From: a phage
Reading direction: 5' to 3' (one strand)
DNA: 44,324 nucleotides
Assembly: GCA_026204955.1 (NCBI GenBank)
Contig: GCA_026204955.1_4545.1
Shown: positions 18,385 through 25,470 of the stretch, piece by piece
Layout of the letters: each line of letters opens with the position of its first letter
Numbering within the stretch: the first letter of the stretch is position 1
The notes under the pieces: generated by a model
The model's input: the letters and a program-made list of their open reading frames with translations, nothing else
Told to the model about the DNA's origin: nothing
Databases searched by the model: none
Program-made: the position numbers and the translations under genes

Positions 18385-18663
18385 CTATGCGACCAATTCA
18401 GCAACCAATAAATCGCAGTCGGATATGTTGTCGATGACGCGAACGTCAGCACCGCGGCGGACCATTCGCTCATGCTCACGTACCTGGTGCGGCTTCGGTT
18501 TTCCACCGGGGCGCTTCACTTCGACGAACACTATTTTGCCGTTGATTATAATAATCAGGTCGGGCGCACCCGCGCGCCCCTCCCATGCCAGTTTTCGGCA
18601 GAATCCGCCGACCTCTTTCACCCGTTTCATAAGGTGACTTTGAATCTTGCCTTCTGGCGTCAT
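18385..18663 (-). CDS. VRR-NUC domain nuclease
   Basis: 92 aa; GAPDLIII..GKIVFVEVKRPGGK...Q..E matches the VRR-NUC PD-(D/E)XK pattern (D...E.K). Confidence 0.6.
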   Translation of the reverse strand: MTPEGKIQSHLMKRVKEVGGFCRKLAWEGRAGAPDLIIIINGKIVFVEVKRPGGKPKPHQVREHERMVRRGADVRVIDNISDCDLLVAELVA

Positions 18664-18667
18664 AATC

Positions 18668-20959
18668 TTACTTCCTATACCGGTACATAATGTCGCCTTC
18701 TGCAGCGAGTGGGAACCCTTTCGCCCATACAGGCAGGTCGCACATCAGCGCACAAAGCTCCTCGGTAGTGTAGTCGTCGGTGTCCGGCACTTCGGTGATC
18801 AATTCATCGTGCACTGACAGGACGATTTCATATCCGGCAGCTTCAACGCCAGGCATGGACCACGCGAGAATATCGCGGCACAACGCCTGTACGATGTTCT
18901 CCGTCAGTTTGCCGCCGTAGGTATACTGGAAGCCCCACTGGCGCGTCGTCTGATTCTCGCCCTGATATTTAATGCGTGTGCTGGTGCGCTTCTTGCCGGT
19001 GTCTTCGTCAATCTCGGTAGTGACAGACAGCGCGATGCCGGGGTAGCTCATGATGCGCCCCGACGGCAACTCAATTTTCAACCACCACCCCGCGGCGTCC
19101 GGGTCGTCGCGCTCCTCGTCGAAGGTTGGGTCGTGCTTCGCCTTCGTACGGACAATCTTGAGCGCTTTTCTACCGTCCGGGCGAACGTTCGCGCCAGCCC
19201 AGTATGCTTTGCCCGGATTGCGGATTGCACACAACACCGCGTCCTCAAGCTCGGCCCAAAAGGCTACCGTCTTCGGGTGCGCCTCACGCCACATACGTTT
19301 GATTGCGTCACAAGTAAGCCATACGTTTTTCGGCAGTATGTATGTTGGGCGCTCGTCTTTCTTACCTGGCTTCGGCGGGCGTTTCGCTTCGTTAATGCGG
19401 GCGTACTCATAGCCGCGTTTCGCCGCCGCCCAAATGTGATCCGGGAACGTGCCTTTCATCACGTCCGCCATAGTGTAAAGGTCGAGGCCCAGGTTTTTAG
19501 CGAACTGCAAGAACGCCGCGACTCCGCCACCATAGCCCAGCCCCAATTCGCACGCCTTACCAATCTGGCGTAAGTCCTTGCGGTTGGCTTTAATGTAGTC
19601 CGGGTCCAGGCCGAACATCTTACCGGCAGTCTCGCAATAGATATCGCGACCGGCCTTAAAGACCATTAACGCTGTTTTCTCGCCAGCGATCCAGGCAAGG
19701 CCGCGCCCTTCCACGTTGGAGTAGTCCGCTACGACAAACTTCTTGCCCTTCGCCGGAATAATGCACCCGCGAACGGTCGAGGCCGTTAGCTTCGATATGT
19801 CATACGCCCAGTGTGCGGTCCCGCGTAACAGGGAGTTGATGCCGTTGGTGAGCATGTGCGACCGGACCCAAAACGAGACGTCGCTTTCACCCTCGCGGCG
19901 TTTAATCTTCCCTTCGTGGTCGTCGCTGTACTCGCCACGCGCCAGGTTTTGAGGTTGAAAGCCTTTACCGGCCCAGCGTAGTGTGCGCTTTGCCCCACCA
20001 TACTGAAGACAACCACGGCGGCGACCATCGGCGGACAGGCCATTGACAAGCGGATTGTATTTAGTAGATGCCGTTGATGACGCACCGAGGCGCATTTCGA
20101 TAAGCGCTTTGCCTTCGTCGGGGAAATCCGGGTCTTCAAGCAGGTCGTTAAGTGTGGATTTCTGCGCGTTGTGGATCGTGAACGCCGGGGCGATATCACG
20201 CAGGATTGGCAGGAAGTCATTGCCGGTCAGCTTACCGCCAAATCGCTCCCAGGCTTCTTCCTTCAATTCTTCCTTATGCGCCTGCACCGCTTTGATCGCG
20301 GCGTTCGCCAGGTCAACGTCCACATAGAAGCCGCGGTCGTTGATCAACTGGTCAATAAGCAGGATTTCATCTTCCTTCGGAGTATTACCCCAGTCCGGTA
20401 TGCGCCAGTAGACTTCACGCATTGCGATAATATCCAGCGCGGCATAGCGCAGAAATTTGGCCCACTCTTCTGGGTGAGTCTCGCGAGTGTAGCGGCGGAT
20501 TTTGTAGGTCTTAGGGGTAGGCTTACAGAATCGTTTAATCAGCGCCTTGCCTGCCTTATCCTTCGCGTGCTCTGCGTCAACGCCCAGCACCTGGCACTGC
20601 ATATCGAGGCTGCCGGGCAGAGCGTGGCGAAAGGCCATAATCATGGTGTCTTCGATCTGGCTTACCGGCAGGTCAATACCCCACTTCTCGCGAATAACCA
20701 GGCGGTCAAACAGGAGGCCGTTAGCCATCACTATTTTTGCTTTCTTGCGGGAAACATGGCGGAGCGCCTTGCGCAGTTCACGCGGCATTGTGGGGGATTC
20801 AGTGCAATCCCATGTCTGCACGCGGCCCTCGTCGATGGCGTATGTGCAAATCATAATCTCGGTGGTTGGGTGCTCTGCGTAGGCGTACGCCCCAACTTTC
20901 TTCGGGTCCACCCCGCTAAATGTCTCGGTGTCGAGAAACAGGCGTTCGAAGTCTTTCAT
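18668..20959 (-). CDS. DNA polymerase, family A (with 3'-5' exonuclease domain)
   Basis: 763 aa; N-terminal FLDTETFS (Exo I D-x-E); motif A DYSNVEGRGLAWIAGE, motif B RQIGKACELGLGYGGG, motif C VHDE. Confidence 0.85.
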   Translation of the reverse strand: MKDFERLFLDTETFSGVDPKKVGAYAYAEHPTTEIMICTYAIDEGRVQTWDCTESPTMPRELRKALRHVSRKKAKIVMANGLLFDRLVIREKWGIDLPVSQIEDTMIMAFRHALPGSLDMQCQVLGVDAEHAKDKAGKALIKRFCKPTPKTYKIRRYTRETHPEEWAKFLRYAALDIIAMREVYWRIPDWGNTPKEDEILLIDQLINDRGFYVDVDLANAAIKAVQAHKEELKEEAWERFGGKLTGNDFLPILRDIAPAFTIHNAQKSTLNDLLEDPDFPDEGKALIEMRLGASSTASTKYNPLVNGLSADGRRRGCLQYGGAKRTLRWAGKGFQPQNLARGEYSDDHEGKIKRREGESDVSFWVRSHMLTNGINSLLRGTAHWAYDISKLTASTVRGCIIPAKGKKFVVADYSNVEGRGLAWIAGEKTALMVFKAGRDIYCETAGKMFGLDPDYIKANRKDLRQIGKACELGLGYGGGVAAFLQFAKNLGLDLYTMADVMKGTFPDHIWAAAKRGYEYARINEAKRPPKPGKKDERPTYILPKNVWLTCDAIKRMWREAHPKTVAFWAELEDAVLCAIRNPGKAYWAGANVRPDGRKALKIVRTKAKHDPTFDEERDDPDAAGWWLKIELPSGRIMSYPGIALSVTTEIDEDTGKKRTSTRIKYQGENQTTRQWGFQYTYGGKLTENIVQALCRDILAWSMPGVEAAGYEIVLSVHDELITEVPDTDDYTTEELCALMCDLPVWAKGFPLAAEGDIMYRYRK

Positions 20960-21126
20960 TGCCTTATCCTCACTACGGCGTCAGCGCTGCCGATCATGGA
21001 GAAGATGCCGTCGGACAGGGCGATTTCTTCGCCGTTGTTGCGAATCTCGGCAACTGTGAAATATTCCCCCAGTAGCTTTGACCATACTTGCATTCCGACT
21101 TTTACTTCGCTGGCTTTAATACGCAT
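20956..21126 (-). CDS. small hypothetical protein (56 aa), translationally coupled to DNA polymerase
   Basis: Not in ORF track (under 60 aa). ATG at 21126 with AGGA RBS; translation MRIKASEVKVGMQVWSKLLGEYFTVAEIRNNGEEIALSDGIFSMIGSADAVVRIRQ; stop TGA overlaps polymerase ATG (ATGA). Confidence 0.3.
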   Translation of the reverse strand: MRIKASEVKVGMQVWSKLLGEYFTVAEIRNNGEEIALSDGIFSMIGSADAVVRIRQ

Positions 21127-21142
21127 TTTTCATTGTCCTATT

Positions 21143-21164
21143 AAAAAGCCCGCATTAAGCGGGC
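21143..21164 (-). terminator. rho-independent terminator after DUF2815-like gene
   Basis: Reverse strand GCCCGC-ttaat-GCGGGC followed by T5. Confidence 0.5.
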
Positions 21165-21184
21165 TTGAATAGTGGGCTTTGCCC

Positions 21185-21967
21185 TTAACGGCGGCGACGT
21201 TTGCGTGGTGCTTCGTCTTCGTCGTCGTCCTCATCTTCGTCATCGCGTGGTTTACGACGTTTGCGAGGTTTTTCATCTTCCTCATCGTCGTCGTCATCGC
21301 GGCGCTTGGATTTCTTGGACTTGCGCGGCTTGTCATCTTCATCATCGTCATCACGACGTTTTGACTTCTTAGCCTTGCGCGGTGCTTCGTCTTCGTCGTC
21401 GTTGTCCAGGTCTTCATCGGAGCAAGAAGACCCGCCACCGCCGAAGGCTTCACCGTCATCACGGAAGCGTAAACCCAGCAAGCCAGCGCCGAGTCCCTTG
21501 CCGTTGGTGTTGTTCCACGCCCAAATATCAAGGGACACGTTGCAATAACAACCAGAGTAGATCTCCTGGCCTTCAATCTCGTCGCCGTCTATGGTCAGAC
21601 CTTGTTCAGTCTGCTTCTCGCCGAGTGACGTTTGAATGATTGGTTGTTTGAACGATTTGGCGTTGATATACAACATGCCTTCGAATTCTTCGGTTACTTC
21701 ATCGCGCTCGTCGCCGTCGCGAACTGCACATTCCTTAGAATCCTGGGCGTAGTGGCGGTCCATCCACTTATCGGCATTCTTCTCGGATTTCAGCTTGTCG
21801 GTGAGCACTGCGCGTGCTGCCGCCTCCACTTTGTCCACCTGTGGATCTTCTTTATCCAGAAGAATCACGGCACGGTATGCCGGTTTTTGTCCATCCTGTT
21901 TAGGGGTATCACGTTCCCAGATTTTCAGGAAACATACGCGCACATTTTTCAGGTTGACTTTAGCCAT
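21185..21967 (-). CDS. DUF2815-like (putative ssDNA-binding) protein with charged-repeat C-terminal tail
   Basis: Preferred ATG 21967 (GAGGAA RBS); N-terminus MAKVNLKNVRVCFLKIW resembles DUF2815 proteins (family assignment from memory). C-terminal about 70 aa are alternating acidic/basic blocks (DDEDEAPRKAKKSKRRDDDDEDDKPRKSKK...). Confidence 0.45.
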   Translation of the reverse strand: MAKVNLKNVRVCFLKIWERDTPKQDGQKPAYRAVILLDKEDPQVDKVEAAARAVLTDKLKSEKNADKWMDRHYAQDSKECAVRDGDERDEVTEEFEGMLYINAKSFKQPIIQTSLGEKQTEQGLTIDGDEIEGQEIYSGCYCNVSLDIWAWNNTNGKGLGAGLLGLRFRDDGEAFGGGGSSCSDEDLDNDDEDEAPRKAKKSKRRDDDDEDDKPRKSKKSKRRDDDDDEEDEKPRKRRKPRDDEDEDDDEDEAPRKRRRR

Positions 21968-22022
21968 TTTCCAATTCCTCATTTTCACATGTATCGGGGA
22001 TATTGTGAGCCACCCCGTCCGG

Positions 22023-22047
22023 CTTGGTTGCTAATCTACTTGGTTGC
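22023..22047. repeat. direct repeat CTTGGTTGC x2 (16-bp periodicity) upstream of DUF2815-like gene
   Basis: CTTGGTTGC at 22023-22031 and 22039-22047 in the intergenic leader. Confidence 0.45.
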
Positions 22048-22057
22048 GCCTGAGCGG

Positions 22058-22300
22058 TCAAGCGTTTTTATTAAAAAGATTTCGTGTCACGTAGTTGGTG
22101 GCGTTCTCGATCCAGCTTAACGGCGGGCGGTCGATGTTCTTCTCCACCCAGTCGACGGCAGCGTCGCGATATCCGTCGTCCAGCCAACGGGTTGGATGAC
22201 GAATCATCCAGGCCACCATCAACACGCCTTGCACGCAATGCAGGATAAAGCCCAGCGCGCCGAGCAAAAACATCAATAAGATTGCGAATACTTTATTCAT
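22058..22300 (-). CDS. small membrane protein
   Basis: 80 aa; N-terminal hydrophobic stretch FAILLMFLLGALGFILHCVQGVLMVAWMI consistent with 1-2 transmembrane helices. Confidence 0.35.
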   Translation of the reverse strand: MNKVFAILLMFLLGALGFILHCVQGVLMVAWMIRHPTRWLDDGYRDAAVDWVEKNIDRPPLSWIENATNYVTRNLFNKNA

Positions 22301-23723
22301 TACTTAAGTCCTCGTCGGTAGCTTCAGACCACGCAGGGCGCGGGTCGTCGATTGGTGCTAATACCGGTTTTGCCGGTGCGCGCGTGATTTTATCACACAA
22401 CTTCGCCCACACTTTCGGCTTCTCGTCCTTCAGTACCTTCTCGGCATCCGTAGGACTGAGCAATGTTTCTTTGTACATCACGTCGCGCTTGATCCGGGCC
22501 TTCGTGAAGATCTCAATCACTTCGCTCTCGTCCGCCCACTTGCGGATTCCTTCCTTACCGGCAACCATCTTGAGGCCCAGCGATTCGCCATCACCCGCCA
22601 TTACGGCCTTGAACACCGCGGACTCGATAGCCTTGATGTGCTGGCGCATTGCGTCAAGACCTTCATAAGCCTTGCGCAGTTCCGCGGCGGTCATTGCGCC
22701 GGGGGCAGCTTCTTTCTTACCACGCTTCGCACGTCGTGCCGCTTTGCGGGCTTCGCGGGCCATATTGCGGTCGTGATTGGCGCATTCTTCCTCTGTCGCA
22801 ATACTCACGTCGTCGCCCAGGTCTTCGTCTGTTGCCGTTGGTGGGGTCACCGTGTCGATTGCAGCCTTAGCGCGGGCGCTACACTGATCCGCAAATCTGC
22901 ACCACTGACACGCATCAACGCTCGGTCGGAAGTCGGCACGGGTGAGTCCTTTCTTACCGCGGGCATACGCTTCCAGGGCGGCGACAGCACGCTTGGACGC
23001 AAACTTAGCGAATATCTCCAGGGCTTCTACCGAAATATCCCACTCCGACGCCCCGCCGCAATATGGCTGGAAGATAACCAGGCGCACGGTCGTAATGTCG
23101 TACATAGTTTTCAGCTTGCGCAGCAGGCCCAGCGCATACAACATAAGCTGTTTGTTTTCTTTCGCCTCGACCTTATGCCGCCCGGTCTTCAGGTCGCCAA
23201 CAATCAGCATGTACGTGCCGTCGGTCTTCTTCATGACCATGACCATATCGGCAGTGCCGAACGTCTTAACCCGGTTGCCGTCGATCTCGAAGCCAGAGTG
23301 TAGGACGCGGGTAAGATCGGCGCGCATCTCAAGCTGGACAAACTCCGCCACTTCGAGGAGCGGTCGCCAGTGGTCAATGTACGCGTCGCACTGTTTCACC
23401 ATATCGTCGTTGACCAGTACGCCGCCTTTCGGTGCTTTCGGGTGCGCCTTCACTGGCCCCTTACCTTCGTTCTCGACGTAGCACCCTTTGTACGTCTTAG
23501 CGGTTATCATCTTCTCCCCGGCGATAATGCGGTTTAGCACGACTTCCGATACGGTGTGCATACTCGTACCGTTAATCGCCGCTTGCCCGGATTCGTTCGG
23601 GATATCTTTTTCTACTACCAGGGCCGCGGGACACCCCATCCATTTTTTAGCACCGGATGGCCCGAGTAATGAATGTTCCGTATTACTACCGGATTGTGTT
23701 TTGCGCTTCGGTTTAATCGCCAT
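22293..23723 (-). CDS. DUF2800-like PD-(D/E)XK (Cas4-like) nuclease
   Basis: 476 aa; Cys cluster CQWCRFADQCS (C-x2-C-x5-C) as in Cas4/RecB-type Fe-S nucleases; gene order with DUF2815-like and PolA genes typical of a conserved phage replication module. Confidence 0.5.
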   Translation of the reverse strand: MAIKPKRKTQSGSNTEHSLLGPSGAKKWMGCPAALVVEKDIPNESGQAAINGTSMHTVSEVVLNRIIAGEKMITAKTYKGCYVENEGKGPVKAHPKAPKGGVLVNDDMVKQCDAYIDHWRPLLEVAEFVQLEMRADLTRVLHSGFEIDGNRVKTFGTADMVMVMKKTDGTYMLIVGDLKTGRHKVEAKENKQLMLYALGLLRKLKTMYDITTVRLVIFQPYCGGASEWDISVEALEIFAKFASKRAVAALEAYARGKKGLTRADFRPSVDACQWCRFADQCSARAKAAIDTVTPPTATDEDLGDDVSIATEEECANHDRNMAREARKAARRAKRGKKEAAPGAMTAAELRKAYEGLDAMRQHIKAIESAVFKAVMAGDGESLGLKMVAGKEGIRKWADESEVIEIFTKARIKRDVMYKETLLSPTDAEKVLKDEKPKVWAKLCDKITRAPAKPVLAPIDDPRPAWSEATDEDLSNE

Positions 23724-23911
23724 TATTCCACCCTTGAAAATTGAGCAATGTAATAATCGTGTTCAACATTGGCCCGCTTAGCGGCATTGTTCATGGTAGC
23801 CGCCAGTCCTCGAGCTTGCATCCAGCAGCAATTCCAGTTTTGATTCATAACAATTTCTGGTTGCTCGTCGCCGGTAATACGGCAACGAAATAAAACAAAG
23901 AATATAGCCAT
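23723..23911 (-). CDS. hypothetical protein
   Basis: 62-aa ORF in leftward early operon. Confidence 0.25.
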   Translation of the reverse strand: MAIFFVLFRCRITGDEQPEIVMNQNWNCCWMQARGLAATMNNAAKRANVEHDYYIAQFSRVE

Positions 23912-24163
23912 TTATTTTGTCTCCCAGCGGTCGATTGTTCTTGCTTCGGATGCAACTGCAAAGCGAACATATTCCAGGTTGGAATCCGCCCAAATATAAA
24001 AGTCGGGATTAGTAAAGGTGGTGCGCTTGATTTGCGCGGGGGTATTGCGGCGTTTATCTATTACGGCAACTCGCGACTGAAAGCTGCCGATGCGTTCGAA
24101 TAGCCAATAATAAGGGCGTTGGTCGCGTGAATCCACCGCCTCGATTAGTGTGAAGCGTGCCAT
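23912..24163 (-). CDS. hypothetical protein
   Basis: 83-aa ORF in leftward early operon. Confidence 0.3.
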   Translation of the reverse strand: MARFTLIEAVDSRDQRPYYWLFERIGSFQSRVAVIDKRRNTPAQIKRTTFTNPDFYIWADSNLEYVRFAVASEARTIDRWETK

Positions 24164-24211
24164 TGTCTCGTCCTCTAAAAAGATGCCCGCTAATCTGCGG
24201 GCCGGAATATA

Positions 24212-24727
24212 TTAATCTTCCAGTTCGAAATAGGTTTCGACGATTTCTTTTAACTCTGTGTGGAAGTCTTCGACGTCGCCATCTTCCAGCTTGGCGATTG
24301 ATTTGATCTCGAACGATTCCAGCAGGTCGTCGAATTCGTCGTTCGCGTCGTCGTCATCACCGCCCGCGATAATCGCGGCATATTGTTTGATCTCGTCGCG
24401 CATCTCCGCCAGCGGATCGGCATCTTTCTTACCTTTGCCTTTCGCCGGTGCTTTTTTAGATTTAGCCGGTTTTTCGTCTTCGGCCTCATCGTCGTCATCT
24501 TCTACGACTTCTTTTTTGGCCTTACCCTTCGCCGGTGCTTTTTTAGCTTTAGCCGGTTTTTCGTCTTCGGCGTCATCGTCGTCATCTTCGACAACTTCTT
24601 TTTTGGCCTTAGACGGCTTCTTGTCTTCCTGTTTACCAACGGCAGCGCCAACGGTTTCATAATGCTTTGCAATGGTTTCCAGTGCTACTACGCCGCGAGT
24701 GATCAGGTTTACGATTTGCTCAAACAT
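24212..24727 (-). CDS. acidic/lysine-rich repeat protein (first gene of leftward operon)
   Basis: Preferred ATG 24727 (GGAG RBS); 171 aa with two tandem repeats KKEVVEDDDD.AEDEKPAK.KKAPAKGK and an acidic C-terminus; DNA contains about 87-bp tandem duplication. Confidence 0.45.
   Translation of the reverse strand: MFEQIVNLITRGVVALETIAKHYETVGAAVGKQEDKKPSKAKKEVVEDDDDDAEDEKPAKAKKAPAKGKAKKEVVEDDDDEAEDEKPAKSKKAPAKGKGKKDADPLAEMRDEIKQYAAIIAGGDDDDANDEFDDLLESFEIKSIAKLEDGDVEDFHTELKEIVETYFELED
24433..24607. repeat. tandem duplication (about 87 bp x2) inside acidic-repeat protein gene
   Basis: Two near-identical units each spanning ...CGCCGGTGCTTTTTTAG(A/C)TTTAGCCGGTTTTTCGTCTTCGGC...TCATCGTCGTCATCTTC...TTCTTTTTTGGC. 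Confidence 0.55.
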
Positions 24728-24923
24728 GGTATATCTCCGATTGGTTAAGTTTAGGTGTCGGCAGTTAACTTCGTCGGTGGCCTTAACATATTGCCAGGTT
24801 ACGCGTTCTCCCGTTCGGGTAGTGGACCTGGTTATATAATCACGGTTGGGAATCCTGACACTTCGATCCGGCCCCTGCGTTGCCCCTCTCCAGTTTGCGT
24901 CCTGCATCCTGTCGACGGGGGGA

Positions 24924-24953
24924 ATAATAGATTGGTTGCAGGATGGGTGTCAA
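24924..24953 (-). promoter_or_regulatory. leftward early promoter
   Basis: Reverse strand -35 TTGACA (24953-24948), 18-nt spacer, -10 TATTAT (24929-24924), upstream of acidic-repeat protein gene. Confidence 0.45.
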
Positions 24954-24964
24954 CAACTAATTTC

Positions 24965-25000
24965 AAAAAAAAAAGCGCCGAGGCAAAATGCGACGGCGCT
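24965..25000 (-). terminator. terminator-like hairpin with T10 on the reverse strand, upstream of the leftward promoter
   Basis: Reverse strand AGCGCCG-(13-nt loop)-CGGCGCT followed by T10; on the + strand the hairpin lacks a U-tract. Confidence 0.4.
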
Positions 25001-25070
25001 AACCAATAAGAGACAATGAGACGGGAATAATTATTACACGCGTGCGCGCCCGTTTCAATATCCAAAGGAT

Positions 25071-25099
25071 TTGACACCGTGCAGTTTTGGGTGTAGTTT
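25071..25099 (+). promoter_or_regulatory. rightward early promoter
   Basis: -35 TTGACA (25071-25076), 17-nt spacer, -10 TAGTTT (25094-25099), 32 nt upstream of the HTH gene. Confidence 0.4.
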
Positions 25100-25130
25100 C
25101 GTTGGTCATTAACCAACTGAGGGCAGAGCA

Positions 25131-25460
25131 ATGAATGTAAACGACGCAATCGAAATGTTAACGAAGACTGTTTGCAGTGAGACAAGCCGGTCATGGGCTT
25201 ATACAGATGCCGTGGGGGCGGTGTTATTTGAAATCGAACGTCTGCGCAGTGTCGAAAAAGAATTGCGCGCGAAGCTGGAATTACTCAACGGTACGGCGGC
25301 CAGCAAGCTGCAAAAGCACAATGAAGAAATGGAAGAATACAAAAAACAGGTTATCCGTTTGCGCGCCGAGGGAAAATCGTGGGCGATGATTGCCGAGTTG
25401 ACCGGAATTAATCAGAGCACAGTGCGCTCCTGGGTACGCAATAATAAAACTTCTAAGTAA
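25131..25460 (+). CDS. HTH-domain DNA-binding protein (putative regulator)
   Basis: 109 aa; coiled-coil-like N-terminal region; C-terminal helix-turn-helix GKSWAMIAELTGINQSTVRSWVRN; first gene of rightward operon downstream of TTGACA-17-TAGTTT promoter. Confidence 0.5.
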   Translation: MNVNDAIEMLTKTVCSETSRSWAYTDAVGAVLFEIERLRSVEKELRAKLELLNGTAASKLQKHNEEMEEYKKQVIRLRAEGKSWAMIAELTGINQSTVRSWVRNNKTSK

Positions 25461-25470
25461 GGCCACGGCA

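Noticed and set aside
20171-21172. 333-aa ORF on the + strand
   Set aside because: Lies entirely antisense to the DNA polymerase gene, which has clear family-A motifs; no start context.
21201-21548. 115-aa poly-Ser ORF on the + strand
   Set aside because: Mirror-frame artefact of the acidic/basic codon repeats in the DUF2815-like gene on the opposite strand.
22638-23303. 221-aa ORF on the + strand
   Set aside because: Antisense to the Cas4-like nuclease gene, which carries the Cys-cluster motif; no RBS.
24901-24949. Apparent inverted repeat CCTGCATCC / GCAGGATGG near the leftward promoter
   Set aside because: Arms are only a partial 7-mer match on checking; not a true palindrome.
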